Source: Candidatus Enterousia sp.
GTDB taxonomy: Bacteria > Pseudomonadota > Alphaproteobacteria > Rs-D84
DNA length: 64,000 nt
Assembly: GCA_045613445.1 (NCBI GenBank)
Contig: JAZLAZ010000027.1
Location: 674 to 64,673, forward strand
Direction: 5' to 3'
Shown here piece by piece: positions 1 to 8,354 of this stretch. Each line of letters starts with the position of its first letter. Position 1 is the stretch's first letter. Made by a program: the position numbers and the translations under genes. The notes under the pieces were generated by a model. That model had not been told where the DNA came from, did no database searches, and saw nothing but the letters and a program-made list of their open reading frames with translations.

Positions 1-1167
1 AACATCCAACAGCAATACATCCTTTACATCACCTTTTAATACACCACCCTGAATTGCAGCACCCATACCAACAACTTCATCTGGGTTTACACCCTTGTGT
101 GGTTCACGACCAAAGAATTCTTTTACTGTTTCTGCAACCTTTGGCATACGGGTTTGCCCACCAACCAAGATAACTTCATTGATTTGTGATTTTTCCAAAC
201 CTGCATCCTTTAACGCTTTCTTGCATGGTTCGATTGTGCGTTCAATCAAATCAGCAACCAATGATTCCAACTTTGCGCGTGTCAGTGTTGTATTAAAGTG
301 TTTTGGTCCTGTGGCATCTGCTGTCAAGTATGGCAAATTGATATCTGTTGTTGTCTTTGATGACAATTCGATTTTTGCCTTTTCTGCCGCTTCTTTCAAA
401 CGTTGTAATGCCAATTTATCACCGGACAAATCAATACCGGTCTGCGATTTGAATTCTGCAATCAAATGTTCCAAGATACGCGCGTCAAAGTCAGAACCAC
501 CCAATGCCGTATCACCATTTGTAGATTTTACTTCGAATACACCATCAACAATTTCCAAAATAGACACATCGAATGTTCCACCACCAAGGTCATAAACAGC
601 AATTACACCGTCTTTACCTTTGTCTAAACCATATGCCAACGCGGCGGCTGTTGGTTCATTGACGATACGCAAAACATTTAACCCCGCGATACGACCAGCA
701 TCTTTTGTTGCTTGGCGTTGGGAATCGTTAAAGTATGCAGGCACTGTAATAACAGCATCTGTTACCGTTTCACCCAGATAACTTTCAGCATCTTTCTTTA
801 ATTTTGCTAAAATCATTGCAGAAATCTGAGACGGTGCATATTTTTTACCATCCATTTCAACCCATGCATCACCGTTTTCGCCCGCAACGATTTTATATGG
901 TACGCGTGCAGCGATTTCTTTGACAGCAGGGCTGTCAAAGCGCAACCCCATCAAGCGTTTGATTTCATAGATTGTATTTTCAGGATTTGTTACCGCCTGA
1001 TTTTTGGCAGTAATACCAACCAACTGTTCTCCGTTATTTGTCAACGCAACAACCGAAGGTGTTGTTCGTTGTCCTTCGGAATTTTCAATAATTTTTGGTT
1101 CTGTTCCGTCCATGAACGCCATGGCCGAATTAGTTGTTCCAAGGTCAATACCTAGTACTTTTCCCAT
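1..1167 (-). CDS. dnaK: Molecular chaperone DnaK (Hsp70), N-terminal ~389 codons; the gene runs off the window start
   Basis: Reverse-strand translation from the ATG at 1167 reads [19 protein letters not shown] and continues in frame to position 1 (..[21 protein letters not shown]). Missing from the ORF track only because it is truncated by the window edge. Confidence 0.92.
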   Translation of the reverse strand, partial: MGKVLGIDLGTTNSAMAFMDGTEPKIIENSEGQRTTPSVVALTNNGEQLVGITAKNQAVTNPENTIYEIKRLMGLRFDSPAVKEIAARVPYKIVAGENGDAWVEMDGKKYAPSQISAMILAKLKKDAESYLGETVTDAVITVPAYFNDSQRQATKDAGRIAGLNVLRIVNEPTAAALAYGLDKGKDGVIAVYDLGGGTFDVSILEIVDGVFEVKSTNGDTALGGSDFDARILEHLIAEFKSQTGIDLSGDKLALQRLKEAAEKAKIELSSKTTTDINLPYLTADATGPKHFNTTLTRAKLESLVADLIERTIEPCKKALKDAGLEKSQINEVILVGGQTRMPKVAETVKEFFGREPHKGVNPDEVVGMGAAIQGGVLKGDVKDVLLLDV

Positions 1168-1299
1168 AATTTCACTCCTTAAAATTTTCGCTTACCCACC
1201 ATATAGTTATGCAAAAAATGTTTTCAAGGGGCAACAGACATATTTTCTTAAAAAAAATCCGTCCATGACGGACGGATAATTTGCAATATAATCAGAAGA

Positions 1300-1914
1300 T
1301 TATTTCTTTGAAGCAGCCATTGCAGCAGCTTTTGCTTTTTCATCTTCTTCCATTGGCATTTTTCCACCGATAATTGCGAATGCCAATTCTGCTTGATGCA
1401 AGCCCAATTCAATACCAGCTGGCAAAACCAAGTCTGAACCGTGAACTACATCGCCAATTGTCAAGTTAGCCAAATCAATAACGATTTTTTCTGGCATTGC
1501 ATCAACCAAGCCTCGCAAAGCAACTTTACGAACAGCAAAGTTCAATGTTCCACCCAATTTCAAACCTTTTGATGTTTCAGCGTTGACAACTTCGACAGGC
1601 ACAACGACATTTACAGGTTTTTTTACATCGATACGTTTAAAATCAACATGAATTGGCGCATCAGATACAGGATGATATTGAATATCCATCAACATTGCAT
1701 CTTCTGTACCTTCAGCTGTTTTGATTTGGAATAATTTTGTCCGCAAACTTGGTGTGTTCAACAACATCCCAAATTCATGACCATTTAATTCGATTGCGAC
1801 AGGGGCTTTCTTTTCCCCATAGATAACAGCAGGGATATTTTTATTATTGCGGATGCTACGTGCGGCCCCCTTGCCAGCAACATTGCGAATTTCTGCATTT
1901 ACATTGATTGCCAT
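1300..1914 (-). CDS. rplY: 50S ribosomal protein L25 / general stress protein Ctc
   Basis: 204-aa ORF with L25/Ctc-type N-terminal beta-barrel (MAINVNAEIRNVAGKGAARSIRNNKNIPAVIYG) and an Ala/Lys-rich acidic tail. Confidence 0.85.
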   Translation of the reverse strand: MAINVNAEIRNVAGKGAARSIRNNKNIPAVIYGEKKAPVAIELNGHEFGMLLNTPSLRTKLFQIKTAEGTEDAMLMDIQYHPVSDAPIHVDFKRIDVKKPVNVVVPVEVVNAETSKGLKLGGTLNFAVRKVALRGLVDAMPEKIVIDLANLTIGDVVHGSDLVLPAGIELGLHQAELAFAIIGGKMPMEEDEKAKAAAMAASKK

Positions 1915-2014
1915 TTTTTATCCTTTTTATAGCATTTTGTTACTCTTACACAGCCTCCAAGGGTGCTGTGCGGGGCATATTATTACTTAAAACATTGGAA
2001 AAATCAAGGACTTT

Positions 2015-3646
2015 TTACTTCCATGCACTTGGTATTGATGACCAATCTGCCAGTCCTGTATCTTCTGAATACATTTTACCGACATGTGAATTTGATGCGT
2101 CCGGCCAAATTTCATATAAATATTTGCCACCAATTTTTGCAGAATCACCCGTCAAGGAATAGTTACGATAAAAAGTTTCTGCGAACATCTGCGCCTGTGG
2201 TGTTCCTGTTAAATCACCAAACACACCATCTTGGATGCCAGTCAGACCTGAACAGTTAAAGAATGTTCTATAAAAGATTTGTGGTGCAACATTTCCGTAT
2301 ATTTTAGCAAACAAACCACTTGGCACATCGCCAGTCAATCCTGCACATCCCGCAAAGGTATTATAAAACATCTTTTCTGCAGGTGCGCCTTCTATATCTG
2401 CGAATAAATTGTGTGGGATTTGCCCGAACAAGCTATCACACATATTAAATGTACTTTCAAACATACGCTTTACGGGCGCGCCTGTAATTCCAGCAAATAA
2501 ATCCCCAGGAATTTCACCTGTCAACTGGCCGCATCCATAAAAAGTATTTCCAAACATCAATTCTTGTGGTCCTGCGTTAAATCGACCGAACAATCCTGCT
2601 GGTATGTTACCTGTCAATCCAGAACAACCTGAAAAAGTTGCATTATACATACGCTGGGCAGGCGCACCAAAAATACCTGCGAACAATCCTGTTGGAATCG
2701 CAGTCAGCCCAGAACAGCCTGAAAATGTCGAGTGAAACATATCGCGTGCAGGTGGTCCAGAAATTCCAGCAAACAATTTGGCAGGAATTTCTCCACTTAT
2801 TCCGGAACAATTTTCAAATGTTCTGTAAAACAAGCCTTCGGTTGGTTCACCTGTGATGCCGGCAAACAAGTCGCTTGGGATTTGACCAATCAGTTTGTTA
2901 TCCCCGTAAAAAGTTCCGTAAAACATATTTTTGGCAGGTTTGCCAGAAATCCCTGAAAACAACGATGGCGGTATCGTACCAGATAAGTTTGAATTATTTC
3001 CAAATGTATAATAGAACTTTGGCTGTGTTCCATTTGCCAATGTTGAAAAAACTTGACCCAAACTGCCAGATATTCCAGCGATATTTTGATTGTTGTTAAA
3101 ACTGATTGCAGCTGTTGTCCCACCGTTATTATATGCGGTTGCTTTACCATCTAATTCAACTATATATTTACCAGGTGTATCATATTTATGACTGTACAGA
3201 ACTTCGTTAGTATTTTGTTTATCTAACACTTCTTCGTGTCCGTCCCCCCATTTTACATAGAATTTTCCCTTGGCAGATATAGTAAATTCTATATCTTTGG
3301 CTGTGTCAGTTGTATTTAATTTGAATGGGAACCCAATGAATTTGATTAGTGTATCAACTGCTTGTTGTGCTGCGATGGTATCTGCGGCGGCAGTTGTTGC
3401 GTATTCTGTTTCGCCATAATTAGTTGTCGGCCAACCATTTAACTTATAGTTTGCGACATCTATTGCAGTCAATAAATACTTCATATTTACTGCTACACTA
3501 GTATCAGTCAACTGCTCATTGATAGGGACAACGATATTCCACTTTTGCAAAATCAACTTATGAACATAATCAACATTCACAATCTGCGCAGCCCGCACAT
3601 CTAGAACAGAAAGAATCCAAATAAATGCAGCAAACAACCATTTCAT
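2015..3646 (-). CDS. Secreted repeat protein: N-terminal PKD-like domain followed by ~10 degenerate ~30-aa BspA-type LRR-like repeats (consensus LFAGIxGxPAxxMFxxTFxGCxGLTGxIP)
   Basis: Long ORF with signal peptide MKWLFAAFIWILSVLDVRA. Start chosen at the internal ATG at 3646, which is translationally coupled to the upstream small ORF stop; the ORF track start at 3685 is the alternative. Contains a WGDG...H.Y...G.Y PKD-like signature and a clearly periodic repeat. Paralog of 51773..53521. Confidence 0.75.
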   Translation of the reverse strand: MKWLFAAFIWILSVLDVRAAQIVNVDYVHKLILQKWNIVVPINEQLTDTSVAVNMKYLLTAIDVANYKLNGWPTTNYGETEYATTAAADTIAAQQAVDTLIKFIGFPFKLNTTDTAKDIEFTISAKGKFYVKWGDGHEEVLDKQNTNEVLYSHKYDTPGKYIVELDGKATAYNNGGTTAAISFNNNQNIAGISGSLGQVFSTLANGTQPKFYYTFGNNSNLSGTIPPSLFSGISGKPAKNMFYGTFYGDNKLIGQIPSDLFAGITGEPTEGLFYRTFENCSGISGEIPAKLFAGISGPPARDMFHSTFSGCSGLTAIPTGLFAGIFGAPAQRMYNATFSGCSGLTGNIPAGLFGRFNAGPQELMFGNTFYGCGQLTGEIPGDLFAGITGAPVKRMFESTFNMCDSLFGQIPHNLFADIEGAPAEKMFYNTFAGCAGLTGDVPSGLFAKIYGNVAPQIFYRTFFNCSGLTGIQDGVFGDLTGTPQAQMFAETFYRNYSLTGDSAKIGGKYLYEIWPDASNSHVGKMYSEDTGLADWSSIPSAWK

Positions 3647-3650
3647 GACA

Positions 3651-3848
3651 CTAATCCGCTGGTGGTAATGGTGGGGTAGGTACATTAAACGAACCTGTTA
3701 CAGTATATTCTCCGGCCATTGTTTGTTTTGTATCTGCAGAAACACCGACACGCGTTTCGATAGCTTCGTTCACATAATTGGTAGACGGAATAGCTGCCCA
3801 AACAGGCAATACAAAAAACACCGCCAAAAATATGACGATAACACGCAT
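3651..3848 (-). CDS. Small secreted peptide, 65 aa (signal peptide plus ~40-aa mature part), copy 1
   Basis: ORF with a strong RBS (GAGGAAG 10 nt upstream of the ATG) and N-terminal signal peptide MRVIVIFLAVFFVLPVWA. Near-identical second copy at 4148..4345 within the tandem duplication. Confidence 0.6.
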   Translation of the reverse strand: MRVIVIFLAVFFVLPVWAAIPSTNYVNEAIETRVGVSADTKQTMAGEYTVTGSFNVPTPPLPPAD

Positions 3849-3922
3849 TAGATTCCGACTTCCTCTCGTTCCTTAAATATCTATGGTAAATAGGCTACAA
3901 AAAAATACAGACTGTATGCAAC

Positions 3923-4120
3923 TGTATTTTTATAAGATTCAAAAATCTGGCACGACCATATGTTTTGTCACGCAGAACACCCCATTTTATCGTATTTGGT
4001 GCTGTGAAGTTAGATACCTCTTGTTCCTAAACAACAATTGTTCCTGTGTGAACAATTTTTCCCAACCGTTTTACAAACGCCACACCTAAATTAGCCATTG
4101 TATATGGCGGATCAACAAAA
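3923..4120 (-). pseudogene. Orphan 3' fragment of rsmD created by tandem duplication. Retains ..VDPPYTMANLGVAFVKRLGKIV.. but carries an in-frame TAG where the intact copy has Trp
   Basis: Sequence 3849-4120 is near-identical to 4346-4617, the 3' end of the intact rsmD. Reverse-strand translation gives VDPPYTMANLGVAFVKRLGKIVHTGTIVV then a stop (plus-strand cctaaacaac here versus cccaaacaac in copy 2). Confidence 0.7.
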
Positions 4121-4147
4121 AACCACTAATCCTTTTCATATTATTCT

Positions 4148-4345
4148 TTATTCTGGTGACGGTAATGGCTGGGTAGGCACTTTTAAAGAACCTGTTACAG
4201 TATATTCTCCAGCCATTGTTTGTTTTGTATCCGCAGAAACGCCGACACGCGTTTCAATAGCTTCGTTCACATAATTGGTAGACGGAATAGCTGCCCAAAC
4301 AGGCAATACAAAAAACACCGCCAAAAATATGACGATAACACGCAT
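4148..4345 (-). CDS. Small secreted peptide, 65 aa, copy 2 (C-terminal 12 aa diverged from copy 1)
   Basis: Same signal peptide and RBS as copy 1. The C-terminus is LKVPTQPLPSPE here versus FNVPTPPLPPAD in copy 1. Confidence 0.6.
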   Translation of the reverse strand: MRVIVIFLAVFFVLPVWAAIPSTNYVNEAIETRVGVSADTKQTMAGEYTVTGSLKVPTQPLPSPE

Positions 4346-4418
4346 TAAATTCCGACTTCCTCTCGTTCCTTAAAGATCTATGGTAAATAGGCTACAAAAA
4401 AATACAGACTGTATGCAA

Positions 4419-4979
4419 CTATTTTTTTACAAGAATCAAAAATCTGGCACGACCATATGTTTTGTCACGCAGAACACCCCATTTCATCGTATTTGGTACT
4501 GTGAAGTTAGATGTCTCTTGTTCCCAAACAACAATTGTTCCTGTGCGAACAATTTTCCCCAACCGTTTTACAAACGCCACACCTAAATTAGCCATTGTAT
4601 ATGGCGGATCAACAAAAATAACATCTGAGATTGGGGCATATTGTGGAATGGCGGCAATTGCATCACCATGATATGTTTGTGCCCGCCCACCAACAGATAA
4701 CATTGCCAAATTACTACGCACAGTCTGTACAGAACTGAATGCAACATCACTGAACAAAACGCAAGACTGTGGATAACGTGACAGACATTCAATTCCTAAC
4801 GCCCCACTACCTGCAAACGCATCCCAAACAGTAAATTGGGAATATGGGTCTGCAATTATACCTTCCAGCATGTTAAACAACGCAATTCGCGCCATATTCT
4901 GTGTAGGACGTGCATTTGGTGGCAATTTCAAGCGTCGTCCATGAAACATCCCAGAAATAATTTGCAATTTTGAATCCAT
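4419..4979 (-). CDS. rsmD: 16S rRNA (guanine966-N2)-methyltransferase RsmD
   Basis: 186-aa ORF with the class I methyltransferase motifs DAFAGSGALGIE and DPPY typical of RsmD. Confidence 0.85.
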   Translation of the reverse strand: MDSKLQIISGMFHGRRLKLPPNARPTQNMARIALFNMLEGIIADPYSQFTVWDAFAGSGALGIECLSRYPQSCVLFSDVAFSSVQTVRSNLAMLSVGGRAQTYHGDAIAAIPQYAPISDVIFVDPPYTMANLGVAFVKRLGKIVRTGTIVVWEQETSNFTVPNTMKWGVLRDKTYGRARFLILVKK

Positions 4980-4996
4980 GCTGTAAAGTATAAACC

Positions 4997-5485
4997 ATGA
5001 AATTTATGAATCAAGCCCTTGTTTTAGCAAAAAAAGCATTTGAACACGACGATGTACCAATCGGCGCTGTGATTGTTCGTGATGGCAAAATAATTGCGCG
5101 TGGTGAAAATCAGGTACAAATGCGCAAAAATCCAACATTACACGCAGAAATAGTCGCAATAAATCGTGCCTGTAAAAAACTGGGAACAAAATTTTTAGAC
5201 GGCTGTGATATTTATGTATCTTTGGAACCTTGTGCGATGTGTGCAACCGCAATATCTTTGGCACGCATAAATAACATTTACTTTGCAGCAACTGATGAAA
5301 AGGGCGGTGGAATTACATCAAACGCACGCATTTATGAAACAGACAAACACCTATGGAAACCAAAAGTGTATCAAGTCCCAGAATATGCAGACGAATCCGC
5401 ACAATTATTGAAAGTTTTTTTTCAAAAACAACGAAATAAGAAAAAGGACGTAAAATGCAAAAAGAAACAACACACTATTTTATGA
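4997..5485 (+). CDS. tadA: tRNA-specific adenosine deaminase TadA, with a Lys-rich C-terminal extension
   Basis: CMP/dCMP-type deaminase zinc motifs HAE(x)nPCAMC are present (PTLHAEIVAI .. SLEPCAMCATAI). Confidence 0.9.
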   Translation: MKFMNQALVLAKKAFEHDDVPIGAVIVRDGKIIARGENQVQMRKNPTLHAEIVAINRACKKLGTKFLDGCDIYVSLEPCAMCATAISLARINNIYFAATDEKGGGITSNARIYETDKHLWKPKVYQVPEYADESAQLLKVFFQKQRNKKKDVKCKKKQHTIL

Positions 5486-5892
5486 TAGACAAAGATTCTT
5501 TCGACAATGGTACCGCAGAAAGATGTTCAGTAATATCATTAGATGCAACATCTGAAAATCCTTTTCGTACAGCAATTTTTCACACAAGATACGAAGCAAA
5601 CCCATGTGGATTTGGCTCTATTATCAAAATGAACGACAATAATTACTGGGTAAGAACTCTCAAATACAATGAACATAATTATGATTATGTCGTTGTTTTG
5701 GAAAAAGGTACTGATAAGTTAGTTGTTTATGGCAACAAAACGGGTGAGCGCACTATTAAAAGTCCAATTAAAGCAGAACGTGGCGATTATTTGTTGTTAC
5801 ACACAAAACATAATACAATTATTCATAATGTGACCCGTGCCAAGATGAAATTTGAAATACAAAAAATGCTGATAAACTTTAAAGAAAAATAA
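5455..5892 (+). CDS. Hypothetical protein, 145 aa
   Basis: ORF overlapping the tadA 3' end by 31 nt, with an RBS-like AAGGACG upstream of its ATG. I recognise no motifs. Confidence 0.5.
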   Translation: MQKETTHYFMIDKDSFDNGTAERCSVISLDATSENPFRTAIFHTRYEANPCGFGSIIKMNDNNYWVRTLKYNEHNYDYVVVLEKGTDKLVVYGNKTGERTIKSPIKAERGDYLLLHTKHNTIIHNVTRAKMKFEIQKMLINFKEK

Positions 5893-5897
5893 TATTA

Positions 5898-7364
5898 TCA
5901 CACCAACGAATTACCAGTCATTTCGGCTGGTTTTTGTATCCCTAAGATTTTCAAAATTGTTGGGGCAACATCTGCCAATCCACCATTATGCACAGATTTA
6001 ATGCCGTCCCCAACAACAATAAAATTCACAGGATTCGTTGTGTGTGCCGTCCATGGCAAACCGTTATCAGACATCTGTTCTGCATTTCCATGATCTGCAG
6101 TTATCAATACGACACCACCCATTTTTAACACAGCTGGTACCAAACGCGCCAATTGTGCATCTAATATTTCCAATGCTTTTATCGTTGCTATCATATTCCC
6201 TGTGTGTCCAACCATATCACCATTTGCATAGTTTAAAATAACGACATCATATTCTGGCAATACAGCCAATAATTTATCAGTAATTTCCCTTGCGGACATT
6301 TCAGGTTTCATATCAAATGTCGCCACATCTGGCGAAGGCACTAAAATCTTTTTACCGCCAACAAAATCAATATTTCTTTCTGCATCAAAAAAGTAAGTTA
6401 CATGATTATATTTTTCCGTTTCGGATATACGCAACTGTCGCAGACCGTTTTCTGCCAAAACATCCCCCAATGTGTTTTCAACCACCAAATCCGTCAACAG
6501 TGCAGGGCAACGCTCATTCAAACCTTCACCATATTGTGAAAAACATAAAATTTTTGCCCCAGTGGTCAATATCGTACGCATTATCTGTCTGGCGCGATCA
6601 CTACGATAATTTCCAAAAATAAATCCATCTTTATTTGTAATTGGCATATCACCACTAATTACAATTGGTTTAATAAATTCATCTGTTTCGCCATTTGAAT
6701 AAGCTGTTTTTAATGCAGAATCAATGTCCGGTGCAATACTATCAGATTGCGCCAACGCAATTGCATCAAAAGCCATTTTTGTTCGTTCGTTATTATTGTT
6801 TCTATCCATGGCATAATATCTGCCCGACACGGTACCAAAAAACACACTATTATCTTGTAATTCTGCAGCCAATTCTGATTTTATTAAATCGATATACTGC
6901 TGTGCAGATTGCGGTGGCGTATCGCGACCATCTGCGATAAAGTGCAAACATACACGCAATCCAGTTCCTGTAACATACTTTATTATCGTCAATATATCAT
7001 TTATATCAGAATGTACGCGCCCGTCAGACATCAGACCTGCAACATGCACAATCCCGCCAGACATTTTTACAGAACGCACAAAATCATTTAACGGCTGATT
7101 CTTTGTCCAATCTTCCAATTGAAATCTACGCAAGAATTGATTGACAACACGTCCAGCCCCAATTGTAATATGTCCAACTTCTGAATTTCCCATAACACCG
7201 TCTGGCAATCCAACAGATATACCACTGGCATTTAATTCAGAATGTGGATATTCTTTCAACAGTTTATTAAAAAAAGGCATATTTGCCTGTGCGACGGCAT
7301 TACTTTTTGTTTCTTTAGCTATACCCACACCATCCATGATACATAATACGATTGGTTTTGTCAT
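5898..7364 (-). CDS. gpmI: 2,3-bisphosphoglycerate-independent phosphoglycerate mutase
   Basis: 488-aa ORF with an iPGM N-terminus (IVLCIMDGVGI) and metal-binding regions (TADHGNAE). Confidence 0.9.
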   Translation of the reverse strand: MTKPIVLCIMDGVGIAKETKSNAVAQANMPFFNKLLKEYPHSELNASGISVGLPDGVMGNSEVGHITIGAGRVVNQFLRRFQLEDWTKNQPLNDFVRSVKMSGGIVHVAGLMSDGRVHSDINDILTIIKYVTGTGLRVCLHFIADGRDTPPQSAQQYIDLIKSELAAELQDNSVFFGTVSGRYYAMDRNNNNERTKMAFDAIALAQSDSIAPDIDSALKTAYSNGETDEFIKPIVISGDMPITNKDGFIFGNYRSDRARQIMRTILTTGAKILCFSQYGEGLNERCPALLTDLVVENTLGDVLAENGLRQLRISETEKYNHVTYFFDAERNIDFVGGKKILVPSPDVATFDMKPEMSAREITDKLLAVLPEYDVVILNYANGDMVGHTGNMIATIKALEILDAQLARLVPAVLKMGGVVLITADHGNAEQMSDNGLPWTAHTTNPVNFIVVGDGIKSVHNGGLADVAPTILKILGIQKPAEMTGNSLV

Positions 7365-7415
7365 AAATATTCCTTTGTTTCCTTACCATAACAGGGTATC
7401 ACAACTGTTTTTTAA

Positions 7416-7444
7416 TTGCAAAAGCAAAAGAAAAAATGTATAAC
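7416..7444 (+). promoter_or_regulatory. Putative sigma70 promoter for the XRE regulator gene (TTGCAA, 17-nt spacer, TATAAC)
   Basis: Hexamer match read directly from the sequence, about 40 nt upstream of the ATG at 7482. Confidence 0.35.
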
Positions 7445-7481
7445 ATTAGGATGTATATCTTAAACCAAGGAAACATACAAT

Positions 7482-7901
7482 ATGAGTGGCAAACCTTTTT
7501 TACCAACATCTACAGACGAACACATTGGTCAACGCATGCAATTGCGTCGCGTTATGATGGGTATGTCTCAGAAAGATTTGGCCAAAATCTGTGGTGTTAC
7601 ATTTCAGCAAATTCAAAAATATGAATCTGCTGGCAATCGCATATCTGCATCGCGTCTATTTGATTTAAGTGTTGCACTACAAACACCGATTGCATTTTTC
7701 TTTCATGGATTACCTGGACATATCGATCACGAATCCAGAAACGGAAAATTACCAAAAAATTATGTCAGTGATCAACCTGCGAACGATCCACTATCAAAAA
7801 ATGAATCTTTACAATTGATAAATTTATATTGGAAATTACCAAACGACAGCCAACGCGAAGCAATTATGAAAATGTTAAAGGCATTAAACGGTCAAGAATA
7901 A
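7482..7901 (+). CDS. XRE-family helix-turn-helix transcriptional regulator
   Basis: N-terminal Cro/C1-type HTH (LRRVMMGMSQKDLAKICGVTFQQIQKYESAGNRISASRLFDLSVAL). Confidence 0.8.
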   Translation: MSGKPFLPTSTDEHIGQRMQLRRVMMGMSQKDLAKICGVTFQQIQKYESAGNRISASRLFDLSVALQTPIAFFFHGLPGHIDHESRNGKLPKNYVSDQPANDPLSKNESLQLINLYWKLPNDSQREAIMKMLKALNGQE

Positions 7902-7904
7902 CAA

Positions 7905-7940
7905 AATAAAAAAGTCCCGAAATCGGGATTTTTTTATTAT
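7905..7940. terminator. Rho-independent terminator hairpin (GTCCCGAAATCGGGAT) flanked by an A-run and a T-run
   Basis: Inverted repeat followed by TTTTTTT, immediately after the XRE gene stop. Confidence 0.6.
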
Positions 7941-7943
7941 CTA

Positions 7944-8030
7944 TGGTGGGGATAGTGGGACTCGAACCCACACGGTCGCAATGACCAAAGGATTTTAAGT
8001 CCTCAGCGTCTACCATTCCGCCATATCCCC
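7944..8030 (-). tRNA. tRNA-Leu(TAA)
   Basis: 87-nt cloverleaf folded by hand: acceptor stem GGGGATA/TATCCCC, GGCGGAATGGTAGACGC D-arm typical of tRNA-Leu, anticodon loop CTTAAAA, long variable arm, T-arm GTGGGTTCGAGTCCCAC, encoded CCA. Confidence 0.85.
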
Positions 8031-8045
8031 GAAGACTTACATGTT

Positions 8046-8121
8046 TGGTGGAGCTGATGGGACTCAAACCCACGACCTCTACGATGCGAACGTAGCGCTC
8101 TATCAACTGAGCTACAACCCC
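8046..8121 (-). tRNA. tRNA-Ala(CGC)
   Basis: 76-nt cloverleaf GGGGTTGTAGCTCAGTTGATAGAGCGCTACGTTCGCATCGTAGAGGTCGTGGGTTTGAGTCCCATCAGCTCCACCA. Carries the G3:U70 alanine identity pair, anticodon loop TTCGCAT, encoded CCA. Confidence 0.8.
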
Positions 8122-8129
8122 AAAAAGCA

Positions 8130-8216
8130 TGGTGGGCGTAAGAAGACTCGAACTTCCAAGGTATTGCTACCACTAGTACCTGAAACTAGCGCGTCTACCA
8201 ATTCCGCCATACGCCC
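8130..8216 (-). tRNA. tRNA-Leu(CAG)
   Basis: 87-nt cloverleaf: acceptor stem GGGCGTA/TACGCCC, GGCGGAATTGGTAGACGC D-arm, anticodon loop TTCAGGT, long variable arm, encoded CCA. Confidence 0.85.
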
Positions 8217-8354
8217 ATAACAGCGACACTGATAATAATGCAAATTCAATATAATTGCAACAAGAAAATCGATTTTATTTTTTCATAAAACATTGGCAAA
8301 ATTTGATTATTCGCTTGCACAGAAAATCACAAATTTGCTAACATTTTACCAGAG

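Larger units (their letters stand above)
3660..4617. repeat. Direct tandem duplication, two ~460-bp units (about 3660-4120 and 4157-4617), over 90 percent identical
   Basis: Aligned by eye. Both units carry the small-peptide gene and the rsmD 3' end. The sequence cactaatcc occurs at 3654-3662 and at 4122-4130, i.e. at the unit junctions, which suggests microhomology-mediated duplication. Confidence 0.85.

Noticed and set aside
3883-4586. Two near-identical 68-aa plus-strand ORFs (3883..4089 and 4380..4586) that look like a duplicated gene
   Set aside because: They are antisense to the rsmD 3' end and its duplicated fragment. Their duplication only reflects the tandem repeat.
7864-8130. 88-aa minus-strand ORF
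   Set aside because: Entirely overlaps the tRNA-Leu(TAA) and tRNA-Ala genes. Spurious read-through of tRNA sequence.
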